This document shows, piece by piece, positions 8,799-17,597 of a DNA stretch of 64,000 nucleotides. The notes under the pieces are model-generated. The model searched no databases and was not told the DNA's origin. It saw only the letters and a list, made by a program, of their open reading frames with translations. This DNA comes from an uncultured Pseudomonadota bacterium (GTDB lineage: Bacteria; Myxococcota_A; UBA796; JAFGLY01): positions 17,384-81,383 of the forward strand of contig CALDOK010000195.1 of the NCBI GenBank assembly GCA_937912125.1. Direction: 5' to 3'. Position numbers and translations under genes: made by a program. The first letter of the stretch is position 1, and every line of letters starts with the position of its first letter.

Positions 8799-10107
8799 GG
8801 CCGGCGGCGGCTTCCTCATCGCCGATCCCTTCGCCGCCGCCGTGGACGGCATGGGGGATCACCTGGACACCCACCTGCATGTGCGGGTGGACGTGCCCGG
8901 CCGGCTCGACCAGGCTCGGCTCCAGCGAGCCTTGGCGGCGCTGGCGCGGTCCGTCCCCGCGCTGGGTGGGCGCTTCGAGCGGCGCTGGTGGCGCTCCCGC
9001 TGGGCGCTCGATCCTTCTCCCACCTGGCGCATCGACGAGGCGCAGGCGGTCTCGGCCCAGGCCGCCGAGCAGCGCGAGGCCGAACTGTACGCCGAGCCCT
9101 TCGAGCCGCGCGGGAAGCTGCCCGTGCGCCTGGTGCTGCTGCACCTGCCCGACCACGATCGCCTGCTGCTGCGGGTCAGCCACCTGCTGGCCGATGGCGG
9201 CGGGACCAAGAACCTGTGCTATCGCCTGGCTCAATGCTACCGCGGGGTGGGCGAAGATCCGGACTGGTCCCCGGACCTGGCTCCCCACCCCCACCCGCTC
9301 CGCCGGCTGCTGGCTAGCCTCGAGCTCCGCCACCTGCCCGCGATGCTCCTGGGAGCGCTGTCCGAGCTGTTCGACAACCGCCCCATGCGCCCCATGCGCG
9401 TGCCCATGGGCCCACAGGGCCCCGGGACTCCCCGGTACCGGGCCCTGCACCTGCCACCCTCCAGGGTGGCCCGGCTGCGGGCTCGCTGGCGCAGCCAGGG
9501 GGTGACCCTGAACGATCTGGCGGTGGCGGCCTTCACCCGCGCCGTGGTGCTCAGCTTCCCTCGAGCCAACGCCCAGCGCAGCCACGCCGCCCTGGTGGCC
9601 ACCGCCGACCTGCGGCAGTACCAGCCTCCCCTGCGGGATGTGTGCAACTACAGCGCCCTGCGGCCCCTGGTGTTCGGGCGCCTGCCCTTGCCGGCGGCCG
9701 AGGACAACCTGGCGCGGGTGACGAAGGTCACCAAGCCCTGGAAGGCCGGCCGGACCGGCATCCTGCTGGGCATCCCAGTGATCGCGCTGGCCAGCGTCCT
9801 GCCCCACGCCGCGCTGCGAGCCGTGCTGCACCTCATCCTGGGCCGGCTGTTGACCCCCGCGGGCGCCTGCACCGGGCTGACGAACATCGGCCCCATGGAA
9901 GCTGAGGCCCTGGACTTCGGAGACGGCCCCTGCCTCGCCGCACGGGTCATCAGCCCGCTGGCCCCCTCGCCCACCATGATCACCGCGCTCACAGGCTGCG
10001 CGGGGGCACTGGACTTCACCGTGGCCTATCGGGAGCCCACGCTGGACGGGGCGGACGCGCAGCGGCTGATCGACGCCATGGACCGAGAGCTGGCTGCCCT
10101 CGAGTAG
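8791..10107 (+). CDS. Stand-alone condensation-domain-like (HxxxDG) acyltransferase
   Basis: The SHLLADGGG motif sits in the position of the HHxxxDG active site of NRPS C-domain/WS-DGAT-like enzymes. ~439 aa with no carrier or adenylation domain. ATG 8791 lies 8 nt inside the xthA 3' end. Confidence 0.6.
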   Translation: MPEAGGGFLIADPFAAAVDGMGDHLDTHLHVRVDVPGRLDQARLQRALAALARSVPALGGRFERRWWRSRWALDPSPTWRIDEAQAVSAQAAEQREAELYAEPFEPRGKLPVRLVLLHLPDHDRLLLRVSHLLADGGGTKNLCYRLAQCYRGVGEDPDWSPDLAPHPHPLRRLLASLELRHLPAMLLGALSELFDNRPMRPMRVPMGPQGPGTPRYRALHLPPSRVARLRARWRSQGVTLNDLAVAAFTRAVVLSFPRANAQRSHAALVATADLRQYQPPLRDVCNYSALRPLVFGRLPLPAAEDNLARVTKVTKPWKAGRTGILLGIPVIALASVLPHAALRAVLHLILGRLLTPAGACTGLTNIGPMEAEALDFGDGPCLAARVISPLAPSPTMITALTGCAGALDFTVAYREPTLDGADAQRLIDAMDRELAALE

Positions 10108-10170
10108 CCGCTCTTCCCCGCGCGGCTGCGGCACAGTCAACCCCGAACGAAGGTCGCGGGTCGATTGGCA

Positions 10171-10192
10171 CGGTGAGCGGGTATACTCACCG
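10171..10192 (+). promoter_or_regulatory. Perfect 7-bp inverted repeat (CGGTGAG-n8-CTCACCG) in the leader of the small-lipoprotein/rSAM cassette
   Basis: Read directly: cggtgag cgggtata ctcaccg, ~20 nt upstream of the GAGAGGAG ribosome-binding site for ATG 10215. It could be an operator or an RNA hairpin. Confidence 0.35.
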
Positions 10193-10214
10193 GGCACAGA
10201 GAGAGGAGAACCTC

Positions 10215-10424
10215 ATGGACCGCTTCTGGCGCTCGGTTTCTATCGTCATGGGCGCGCTGCTCGCGGCGGGCTGCCCCGTCACCACCAAGTACGGCATCGA
10301 CACCGGTGGCGACTCGGGGGACACCGAGCAGTTCAGCACCGCGGCCGCTCCCGTGGACCTCGAGGCCGCGCCGCTGCCCACCAGCGCCGTGCAGGCGCCC
10401 ATGGCCGAGCTCGTCTCCGAGTAG
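10215..10424 (+). CDS. Small (69 aa) predicted lipoprotein/peptide
   Basis: ATG 10215 is preceded by GAGAGGAG. MDRFWRSVSIVMGALLAAGC (lipobox-like), then a 50-aa acidic, unstructured-looking tail. The TAG stop lies 3 nt before the rSAM GTG start. Confidence 0.55.
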   Translation: MDRFWRSVSIVMGALLAAGCPVTTKYGIDTGGDSGDTEQFSTAAAPVDLEAAPLPTSAVQAPMAELVSE

Positions 10425-10427
10425 CGG

Positions 10428-11510
10428 GTGGGGTTTCGTGCCCGCGCCCGGCGGCGCCTGCTGCCGCTGTATCACCACGCCGTCCGGCGATCGCCGGATC
10501 TGCGCTACCTGTTCTTCGAGATCACCCAGCGCTGCAACCTGGCATGCCAGCACTGCGGCAGCGACTGCACCGCCAGCGCCCAGCACCCAGACCTGCCCGC
10601 AGAGGCCGCGCTCCGCGCCGCCCGCGAGCTGGCCCAGGCCATGGACCCAGCCCGCATCACCGGCGTGATCACCGGGGGCGAGCCCCTGTGTCACCCCGAC
10701 GTCTTCGAGCTGGGAGCCGGGCTGGCCGAGCTGGGGTTCCCCTGGGGCATGGTCAGCAACGGCTGGCTGTGGAGCGCGGAGACCCTGCAGCGCTCCAGCC
10801 AAGCCCACATGACCAGCGTGTGCATCAGCCTGGATGGCCTCGAGGCCAGCCACGACGCCCTGCGGGGCCGAGCGGGCAGCTTCGAGCGGGCGCTGAACGC
10901 CATCGATCTACTGCGGGGCCCGGGCGGCCCGCCGGTGATGGACGTCGTCACCTGTGTACATCCGGGCAACCTGGCCGAGCTCTGGGATGTGCACGACCTG
11001 CTCGTGGCCCATGGCGTGCCCGCCTGGCGGATCTTCACCATCGATCCCATCGGGCGCGGCGCCGCTCCCGCCCTGCAGCTGGACACCCCAGGCTTCCAGC
11101 GCCTGCTCTCCACGGTGGCGGCGCTCAAGCAGGCCAGCCCCATGAAGCTCAACTTCGGCTGCGGCGGCCACCTGGGCTACGCCACCAACCGGGCCGTGCG
11201 CGACGCCGACTACGTCTGCCTGGCGGGCGTGAAGGTGGCGGGCGTGATGGTCAACGGAGACATCCTGGCCTGCCCCAACAACGACCGCAGCCTGGCCCAG
11301 GGCAACATCGCCCGCGACTCCCTGGTCCAGGTCTGGCGGCACGGCTTCGAGCCGTTCCGGGACCGCCGCCTGACCCGCAGCGCCGCCTGCCACGGCTGCC
11401 CCGAGTGGGGTCTGTGCAAGGGCAACGACATGCACCTGTGGGACCCCCAGCGAGGCGAGACTCGCCTCTGCCACTTCCACCAGTACGAGCTCGACAGCTT
11501 CGAGCCCTGA
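10428..11510 (+). CDS. Radical SAM enzyme with C-terminal SPASM domain
   Basis: CxxxCxxC = CNLACQHC within FFEITQRCNLACQHCG; GGEPL; SPASM-type cysteines CLAGVKVAGVMVNGDILACPN ... CHGCPEWGLCKGNDMH ... LCHFH. Confidence 0.88.
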   Translation: MGFRARARRRLLPLYHHAVRRSPDLRYLFFEITQRCNLACQHCGSDCTASAQHPDLPAEAALRAARELAQAMDPARITGVITGGEPLCHPDVFELGAGLAELGFPWGMVSNGWLWSAETLQRSSQAHMTSVCISLDGLEASHDALRGRAGSFERALNAIDLLRGPGGPPVMDVVTCVHPGNLAELWDVHDLLVAHGVPAWRIFTIDPIGRGAAPALQLDTPGFQRLLSTVAALKQASPMKLNFGCGGHLGYATNRAVRDADYVCLAGVKVAGVMVNGDILACPNNDRSLAQGNIARDSLVQVWRHGFEPFRDRRLTRSAACHGCPEWGLCKGNDMHLWDPQRGETRLCHFHQYELDSFEP

Positions 11511-11547
11511 TCTCCCGCTATACTGCAGCGCTGTCGGAGGCCTCGCC

Positions 11548-12381
11548 ATGCGCGCATCGACCGTCATCTCGCTCGCCATGCTCCTGTCCCCTGCCCTGGG
11601 CTGCTCCGAGTGGACCGTGGGCAAACAAGATGACCCACCAGTGCACCAGCACACGGGCCTCGACTCCGACCCGCCCGAGGCCGACGCCGACGCCGACGCC
11701 GATGCGGACAGCGACGCCGACTCCGACAGCGACGCCGACGCGGACCCCCAGGCGGGCTGCGCTGACGGCCAGCGCGAAGGCTTCGAAGACTGGAGCGCCT
11801 ACCCCTCCATCGCCGCCTGCTCAGGCGCCTGGGAGCAGCCCGGCGTCACCCGAGCCGACCTGGCCCCGTCCTGCAGCCGCGGCGCGGGCGACGACTCGGG
11901 CAACACCGAGGGCTTCGGCTGCAGCGCCGCGGATCTGTGCGCCAGCGGCTGGCATGTGTGCGTTGGCAAGGCCGACGTCTCCGGCAAGGCGGGCAGCTGC
12001 GACGCGGCGGTGCCCCATGGCACACCCGACAAGGCGCTGTTCTTCGCGGTGGCGCAGCACAGCGACAGCGACTCGGTGTGCGACGACGGCTCGAGCAACG
12101 GCAACGACGTGTTCGGCTGCGGAAACTTGGGCACGCAGCTGAGCGGCGACCGGGACTGCGGTCCCCTCACCCGGGTGCTGGCCAGCATGAACCCCGGCAC
12201 CTGCGGCTACAACGAGGCCGAGCACCCCCATGGCCCCTGGGCCTGCGCAGGCGGCGACGACAGCCACTACCACGAGGGCGAGCTGGTCACCAAGGTCGCC
12301 TGCCCCGGCACCTCCTGCAGCTACGACGGCAACCCTGTGGGCAACTCCGACAAGGGTGGCGTGCTGTGCTGTAGGGATTAG
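11548..12381 (+). CDS. Cys-rich secreted lipoprotein (16 Cys in the mature domain)
   Basis: A GGAGG RBS precedes the start. MRASTVISLAMLLSPALGC, an acidic DADADADADSDADSDSDADAD linker, then CADGQREGF...AACSGAWEQPG...GFGCSAADLCASGWHVC...VLCCRD. Confidence 0.75.
   Translation: MRASTVISLAMLLSPALGCSEWTVGKQDDPPVHQHTGLDSDPPEADADADADADSDADSDSDADADPQAGCADGQREGFEDWSAYPSIAACSGAWEQPGVTRADLAPSCSRGAGDDSGNTEGFGCSAADLCASGWHVCVGKADVSGKAGSCDAAVPHGTPDKALFFAVAQHSDSDSVCDDGSSNGNDVFGCGNLGTQLSGDRDCGPLTRVLASMNPGTCGYNEAEHPHGPWACAGGDDSHYHEGELVTKVACPGTSCSYDGNPVGNSDKGGVLCCRD
11680..11745 (+). repeat. (GCC-GAC)n-type microsatellite encoding a D-A/D-S linker
   Basis: gccgacgccgacgccgacgccgatgcggacagcgacgccgactccgacagcgacgccgacgcggac. 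Confidence 0.9.
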
Positions 12382-12438
12382 GCAGGTTTCGACCCACACG
12401 CGGCCCACACACCTCGGCCCTCTCCCAGGAAGCGCACC

Positions 12439-13608
12439 ATGAACCTCGCCTTGCTCTCCTTCACCAGCGCCGCGCTGGCGCTGGGCCTGACGGCCTGCTT
12501 CGACAACGACACCAGCACCGACCAGGCCGCGGCGCCGCCGGTGGCCACCCCCATCGCCCCGGCCGTGGGCTCGGTGATGAACGCGCCACCCATGGGTCGC
12601 GAGAACGCGGCTCCCCCGGGCGGTGGTGGACGTGGCGGCCGCGGCGGCGAGCAGCTGAGCGCCGCCGATGTGGACTTCCGGGTCACCAACCCCGTCACGG
12701 GGGTCTCACTGGCCGTCTACGCCGAGCTCCCTAACACTCCCCCCCCCTACAAGGCGGTGGTGGTGGTGCCCGGCGCCATCAAGGACGCCAGCGGCGTGTT
12801 CAACCGACCCGAGATGCGGCAGCCCATCCTCGACAACGGCGTGGCCATCTTCCGCTTCGATCCCGACGGGCGCGGTCAGAGCGGCGGCGAGGAGGACATG
12901 GGCGGCAAGAAGCAGCAGGCCGGCCTGCGGGCGGTCATCGAGCAGATCATCGCGCGCGACGACATCGCCGACGACCAGGTGGGCGTCTTCTCCAACTCGG
13001 TGGGCATCCAGATGGCCGCGGGCGCCCTGGCGGGCGGCCAGACCAAGGCTCGCTTCCTCATCGACTGGGAGGGCCCCTCCTCGAAGGCCTACGCGGCCGG
13101 TTGCGTGAGCGACAGCGACCTGCCGGGCCCACCCTGGCCTCCCGGCCTGGAGTGCGGCGACGACGTCTACTGGGCCGAGCGCGAGGCCGAGCGCAACATG
13201 GCGAAGCTCACCATCCCCTACCAGCGCATTCAGCGCGCTCAGGACCACGTCCATGGCACCGACGCTGGCCACGCCTTCGCCCTGTACCAGGCCGCCCTCG
13301 AGGGCCCCTGCCCCTGGGTGCGCATGAACACCCTCGAGCCCAACCTGGCCGCTGACAAGGTGCAGAGCGCGCCGCGGCCGGACGTGGGCTTCCCCACGCT
13401 GTACGCCTGGTACGGTGACTACGTCGCCGACATGTTCATCGCGATCGACGGCGGCACGCTCCCCGTCCGGGACCACGTCATGTCCGACGGCATGGGCGGC
13501 CCGCCCCAGGGTGGCGCCCGCGGCCAGGGCGGCGGCCAGGGCGGCGGGCAGGGCGGCGGTCGTGGCGGCGGCAAGGGCGGCAAGCGCGGCCCACCCCAGA
13601 AGCGCTAG
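12439..13608 (+). CDS. Lipoprotein, probable alpha/beta-hydrolase fold, with Gly/Arg-rich N-proximal patch and C-terminal tail
   Basis: Lipobox LGLTAC. Nucleophile-elbow-like GVFSNSVG. GGGGRGGRGG near the N-terminus and GGPPQGGARGQGGGQGGGQGGGRGGGKGGKRG at the C-terminus. The fold assignment is tentative. Confidence 0.5.
   Translation: MNLALLSFTSAALALGLTACFDNDTSTDQAAAPPVATPIAPAVGSVMNAPPMGRENAAPPGGGGRGGRGGEQLSAADVDFRVTNPVTGVSLAVYAELPNTPPPYKAVVVVPGAIKDASGVFNRPEMRQPILDNGVAIFRFDPDGRGQSGGEEDMGGKKQQAGLRAVIEQIIARDDIADDQVGVFSNSVGIQMAAGALAGGQTKARFLIDWEGPSSKAYAAGCVSDSDLPGPPWPPGLECGDDVYWAEREAERNMAKLTIPYQRIQRAQDHVHGTDAGHAFALYQAALEGPCPWVRMNTLEPNLAADKVQSAPRPDVGFPTLYAWYGDYVADMFIAIDGGTLPVRDHVMSDGMGGPPQGGARGQGGGQGGGQGGGRGGGKGGKRGPPQKR
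13495..13590 (+). repeat. GGC-rich low-complexity DNA encoding the (G3Q/G3R/G3K) tail
   Basis: ggcggcccgccccagggtggcgcccgcggccagggcggcggccagggcggcgggcagggcggcggtcgtggcggcggcaagggcggcaagcgcggc. Confidence 0.85.
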
Positions 13609-15647
13609 ATCTCGAAGCTCTCCAAGGACCACGCCCCCACACCCTGGTCCACCAAGACGTAGAGCTGCTGCTCGACCGCGGTGCGCAGCACCCGGGGGCT
13701 GCCCGTCTGGACGCAGCTGGGTGCCAGGTCCAGGCTGGCTGCGCACAGCCGGCTCTCGTCCGCTGGGACGTCCACCACCACCCACACCGCCCGCTCGCCG
13801 AGCCACACCGGCGCAAGGTGGGGGTCCGGCGGGAACGGCAGGTCCACCATCGCGGCCCGGCTCCAGCTGCGTCCCTGATCGTCGCTGGACGCCAGCACCC
13901 CGTGTCCTCCCGCGTCGCTGTGGGCCACCGCGGCCAGGTGCAGCGTCCCCGCCTCGTCCACCCGCAGGGCGGGCAGCTCCATGCGCCAGCTCCCCGTCAC
14001 GCCCAGCAGGTCCCCGAGCCCGGAGGCCGCCAGGCTCTGCCAGCGGGGCTGGGCACCCCCGAGGGCCACGCTGCCGACCCAGATGTCCCGGGCATGCTGG
14101 CTGCCGCTGCCCAGGGGGCCCGCTCCCACCGCGGTGATCAGCAGGTCTCCCTCGAGCGCCGCGGCCATGTCCAGGGGGTAGCTCAGATCCGCAGCCATCC
14201 AGCCCGAGGACCAGCTCCCGTCGAACTGTGACACCACCAGGTGCAGATCACCCTCGGTGCCAACCGCGCCGCCATCGGCGGTGCCCGCGCGGTTGTCCAC
14301 CCAGGCTGCCACCACCGTCCCAGCTCCTCCAGCGCGCAGCACCGGGCGCCACAGTGGCCCCACCTGCTCCACCGGGGCCGCGATGGCTTCCCAGCTCGCG
14401 CCGCTGTCGACGCTCTGGGCGCAGCGCGCCACCCAGGTTGTTGAGTCCTCGTACGGAGCCAGGGCCAGCTCCCGAAAGCACACCCAAGCCAGCTCGCCGT
14501 CGCGAGCCATGGCTGGAGCCTCCACCAGGAGCGCCTCGGCGCTGGACAGGCGCGTCCCGCCGACCCACAGGGCGCTGCGGTGCCAAGGATCGTCCTGGTA
14601 GCGCAGCTCCGCCACCAGGCCTCCGGCCAGCGCCAGGTCCGCCAGGCCGCTGCGGCTGGCCGCGACACTGGGCCGAGTCAGCAGGCCACGCTGCACCAGG
14701 CCATCGGCCCAGGGCAGATCCACCCCCAGGATCCCGGCGGCGGTGGGGGCCACGTCGGTGATCAAGAACGGATCGTCCAGATCGACCCCCGCCACCACCT
14801 CGGGACCCAGGGCGAGCGCCGGGATCCGGCGGCAGCCGTTGCAGCTGTCGCCGTGGTGACGCCAGTGGGGATCATCGTCCGAGAGCGAGTGACGCCCGTG
14901 ATCCGCCACGATCATCAGCGTGGTGTCGCCCTGGTAGTGGTGGTGCCCCTCGAGCCAATCCCACAGCTCCGCGATGGGAGCGTCGATGCTGCGCAGGTCG
15001 TCGAGGTAGTCGTCGTCGTCGCCGTAGTGGCCCGAGCGGTCGAGCTGGTGCATGTTGACCAGCGCCAGGCGAGTGGGGAACTCGTCCAGCCGCTCCTGCA
15101 GCCGGGCCAGGACCCGGCGGTCGTCCGGGGAAGGAGACCCGTCTTCGTCCCCCACCCACACCCAGCCCGCCCCCAGAGCCCCAGGCCAGAGGGAGCGCTC
15201 CACGGGACGCACCAAGCCGGTGTTGGCCACCAGCACCACCTGCTCCTCACCGTCGCCCAGCTGCTCCCGGACCGCCTCGAAGAGCGATGGCAGCTGCGGC
15301 CGGTACAGCCCGACCTCGTCGTCGGCCGAGACCGTGGCCAGGGGCTGGCGTCGGCCGCTGATCAGAGCGGCGTGAGCCGGCGTGGTGGTGGTGGCGCCGA
15401 GGTTCCAGGCCTGGCTGGCCCTGGCGCCCTGGGGGAGCAGGCGGGACCAGGTCACCGGCATCAGCTCGGCGGGCGGCTCCCCCGTGGCGCTCGAGGGCTC
15501 GTCCCCGAGTGAGTCCTGGAGGCGCACGCCGTCCATGACCAGGATGATGACGGTGCCGTCGACGCCGTCGGCCCGCTGACAGCCGACCGCCGCGAGCAGG
15601 GCGAGCAGGAGCCGTGGGGCGGGTGGGCGTGGGATCATCGGGGGCAC
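13605..15647 (-). CDS. Lipoprotein: alkaline-phosphatase-superfamily (NPP-type phosphodiesterase-like) domain fused to a BNR/sialidase-like beta-propeller
   Basis: LLLALLAAVGC. NPP-like motifs ILVMDGVR, ATTTTPAHAALISGR (Thr nucleophile position), LDRSGHYG, MIVADHGRH. BNR Asp-box-like SVDSGASW and SSDDQGRSW. The start is GTG 15647 or ATG 15638. Its stop overlaps the stop of the convergent gene (CTAG, 13605-13608). Confidence 0.7.
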   Translation of the reverse strand: MPPMIPRPPAPRLLLALLAAVGCQRADGVDGTVIILVMDGVRLQDSLGDEPSSATGEPPAELMPVTWSRLLPQGARASQAWNLGATTTTPAHAALISGRRQPLATVSADDEVGLYRPQLPSLFEAVREQLGDGEEQVVLVANTGLVRPVERSLWPGALGAGWVWVGDEDGSPSPDDRRVLARLQERLDEFPTRLALVNMHQLDRSGHYGDDDDYLDDLRSIDAPIAELWDWLEGHHHYQGDTTLMIVADHGRHSLSDDDPHWRHHGDSCNGCRRIPALALGPEVVAGVDLDDPFLITDVAPTAAGILGVDLPWADGLVQRGLLTRPSVAASRSGLADLALAGGLVAELRYQDDPWHRSALWVGGTRLSSAEALLVEAPAMARDGELAWVCFRELALAPYEDSTTWVARCAQSVDSGASWEAIAAPVEQVGPLWRPVLRAGGAGTVVAAWVDNRAGTADGGAVGTEGDLHLVVSQFDGSWSSGWMAADLSYPLDMAAALEGDLLITAVGAGPLGSGSQHARDIWVGSVALGGAQPRWQSLAASGLGDLLGVTGSWRMELPALRVDEAGTLHLAAVAHSDAGGHGVLASSDDQGRSWSRAAMVDLPFPPDPHLAPVWLGERAVWVVVDVPADESRLCAASLDLAPSCVQTGSPRVLRTAVEQQLYVLVDQGVGAWSLESFEI

Positions 15648-15723
15648 TGTAGCCGTCGCCCGCGGGGGCCGCGACCTGGCGGCGGTACCCGGAGAGCAGG
15701 CTCAGCGCTCGCCCGGAGACCCC

Positions 15724-17571
15724 TCATCCGGCCGCGATGCGCGCCCTGACCCCCTCGACCGTGAAGCCGAAGTGCTCCAGGCAGGCCTCGAGGCTGCGGA
15801 ACGACGCGCCCCAGCCCCTTGGCTGGACGGCGTGGCGCCTGGGCGCCAGCCCCAGATCCAGGAGCAGCCCATCCAGCCAGGGCCCGAGCACCCCGGGGGC
15901 CCAGCTGTCCTCCACCACCACGACCTGCCCTAGGGGCTGCAGCAGGGCAGCCCAGGCCGCCCGATCCCGCGGCGGAGCGAAGCAGGAGACCACCACCAGC
16001 CCCCAGCCGTCGAAGTCGGGATGTCCCAGGCAGTCCAGGGCGAGCCGGGCGGCCACGGGGCCGGCGCAGACGAAGCAGCGCTCGAAGGAGCGCCCCCGCA
16101 CCAGGGGCGCCAATGGATCGCCGCTGTCGAACAGCCCGCTGTCATCCCCCGCCAACGGCAGCTCCTGAGGGGTGCGGTGGAGCCGGAGGTAGACCGAGCC
16201 CTGCGCGTCGCGGACCGCCCAGTCCAGCTGGCGCTGCGCCTGATCCGGCGTAGCGGGCTCGAGCACGGTGATGCCAGGCAGGGCCTGGAAGTGCAGCCCG
16301 TCGTCCAGGCTCTGGTGACTGCGCCCATCGGAGAAGTAGCACAGGCCGGCGTAGTTGCCGGCGTAGATGGCCCGCGCGTCCATGGACAGGTTCGTGCGCA
16401 CCTGCTCCACGGCCCTGGCCATGAAGGCCGCGTAGGTGGACACCAGGGGTAGTCGGCCTTGCAGAGCCAGGCCGCCGGCGAAGCTCACCATGTCCTGTTC
16501 GCTGATGCCCAGCTGGAAGAACTGGCCACGGCGCGCATGGGGGCCATGGGGCTGGGCGATGGGACCCAGGCCGCAGCTGTCCGCGAGATCCGCGTCCAGC
16601 ACACAGAGGGGCGGGTGCTGGTCCAGCAGCGGCGGGAGACGGCGAGCCACGGCATCGCGGGTAGACAGCAGGCCCGAAGAAACCCGGGGAGGCGGCGCGA
16701 CGGGCTCGGTCTGCAGGTAGGCGCTCAGCACGCGGCTGAAGCCCGGATCGCTGGCCAGGGCGGCCTGTTCACCCAGGATGCCCAGGTAAACATCCCAGCT
16801 GGGCACGCGCCCGTGCCAGGGCTGGAGCTCGCCCAGGGGCACCGTGAAGCGGCTGCCGCCGGCCTTGAGGGTGCGGCAGATCACAGCCCTGGGCCGCCGC
16901 TCGGGGTCGGGCTCGAGGGTGCGGACCAGGGCCATGGGATCGTGCCCGTCCACCTCGAAGACCGAGAAGCCGAGCCCCTGCAGCGCCTTGCCCAGGTCGG
17001 CGACGCCCTTGACCTCGGCGACCTTCCGGGCGCTCTGCCAGCCGTTGAGGTCCACCAGGATCTCCACCTGCAGCAGCCGACGATGGGCGATGGTCTGCAG
17101 CGCTTCCCAGACCTGGCCTTCCTGCATTTCGCCGTCGCCCAGCAGCACAAAGAAGCGGCCGCGGGCCCCACCGCACGCCATGCCCGCCACCTGTGAGGCC
17201 GCCTGCCCCAGGGAGCCCGAGCTCAGCAGGATGCCCGGCGTGCCGCGGCTGCTGTGGGCCTGGGGTGCGCCAGGGCCATCCTTGTAGGCCAGCAGATCGT
17301 CCCGGGACAGCACCCCCAGGCCGTGGAGGCAGGCGTACTGAGCGGCGGCCGCGTGGCCCTTGGACAGCACCACCTGACGCTCGTCCAGCCCGAAGTACAG
17401 CGCCGTGAGGATCTCGGCGGCGGAGAAGCTGGCCCCCAGCCACCCGTGCTGGGCGCTCATGATGCAGGACAGCGCGTTGATGCGCACGAAGGCCGCGATG
17501 GCGCGCAGCCCGTCCTCGGTGCTCGCGTCCTGGCTGGCGTGGTGCTCGGTGCCGACGGTGAACAGGTCCAT
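15724..17571 (-). CDS. Transketolase-family thiamine-diphosphate enzyme (N- and C-terminal halves fused)
   Basis: SKGHAAAAQY, GSLGQAASQVAGMA, LLGDGEMQEGQVWEA (TPP GDG..E motif), LVDLNGWQS, and the Pyr domain LGISEQDMVSFAGGLA...STYAAFMARAVEQVR. Confidence 0.85.
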   Translation of the reverse strand: MDLFTVGTEHHASQDASTEDGLRAIAAFVRINALSCIMSAQHGWLGASFSAAEILTALYFGLDERQVVLSKGHAAAAQYACLHGLGVLSRDDLLAYKDGPGAPQAHSSRGTPGILLSSGSLGQAASQVAGMACGGARGRFFVLLGDGEMQEGQVWEALQTIAHRRLLQVEILVDLNGWQSARKVAEVKGVADLGKALQGLGFSVFEVDGHDPMALVRTLEPDPERRPRAVICRTLKAGGSRFTVPLGELQPWHGRVPSWDVYLGILGEQAALASDPGFSRVLSAYLQTEPVAPPPRVSSGLLSTRDAVARRLPPLLDQHPPLCVLDADLADSCGLGPIAQPHGPHARRGQFFQLGISEQDMVSFAGGLALQGRLPLVSTYAAFMARAVEQVRTNLSMDARAIYAGNYAGLCYFSDGRSHQSLDDGLHFQALPGITVLEPATPDQAQRQLDWAVRDAQGSVYLRLHRTPQELPLAGDDSGLFDSGDPLAPLVRGRSFERCFVCAGPVAARLALDCLGHPDFDGWGLVVVSCFAPPRDRAAWAALLQPLGQVVVVEDSWAPGVLGPWLDGLLLDLGLAPRRHAVQPRGWGASFRSLEACLEHFGFTVEGVRARIAAG

Positions 17572-17597
17572 GGGCTCGTCATAGCCCGGAGCGCGGC

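Noticed and set aside
10166-10181. Possible sigma-54 promoter TGGCACGgtgaGCGG upstream of the small lipoprotein
   Set aside because: The -12 element lacks TTGC. The GG-to-GC spacing is 2 nt shorter than the consensus, unlike the exact match at 33816. The sequence is better described as part of the inverted repeat at 10171-10192.
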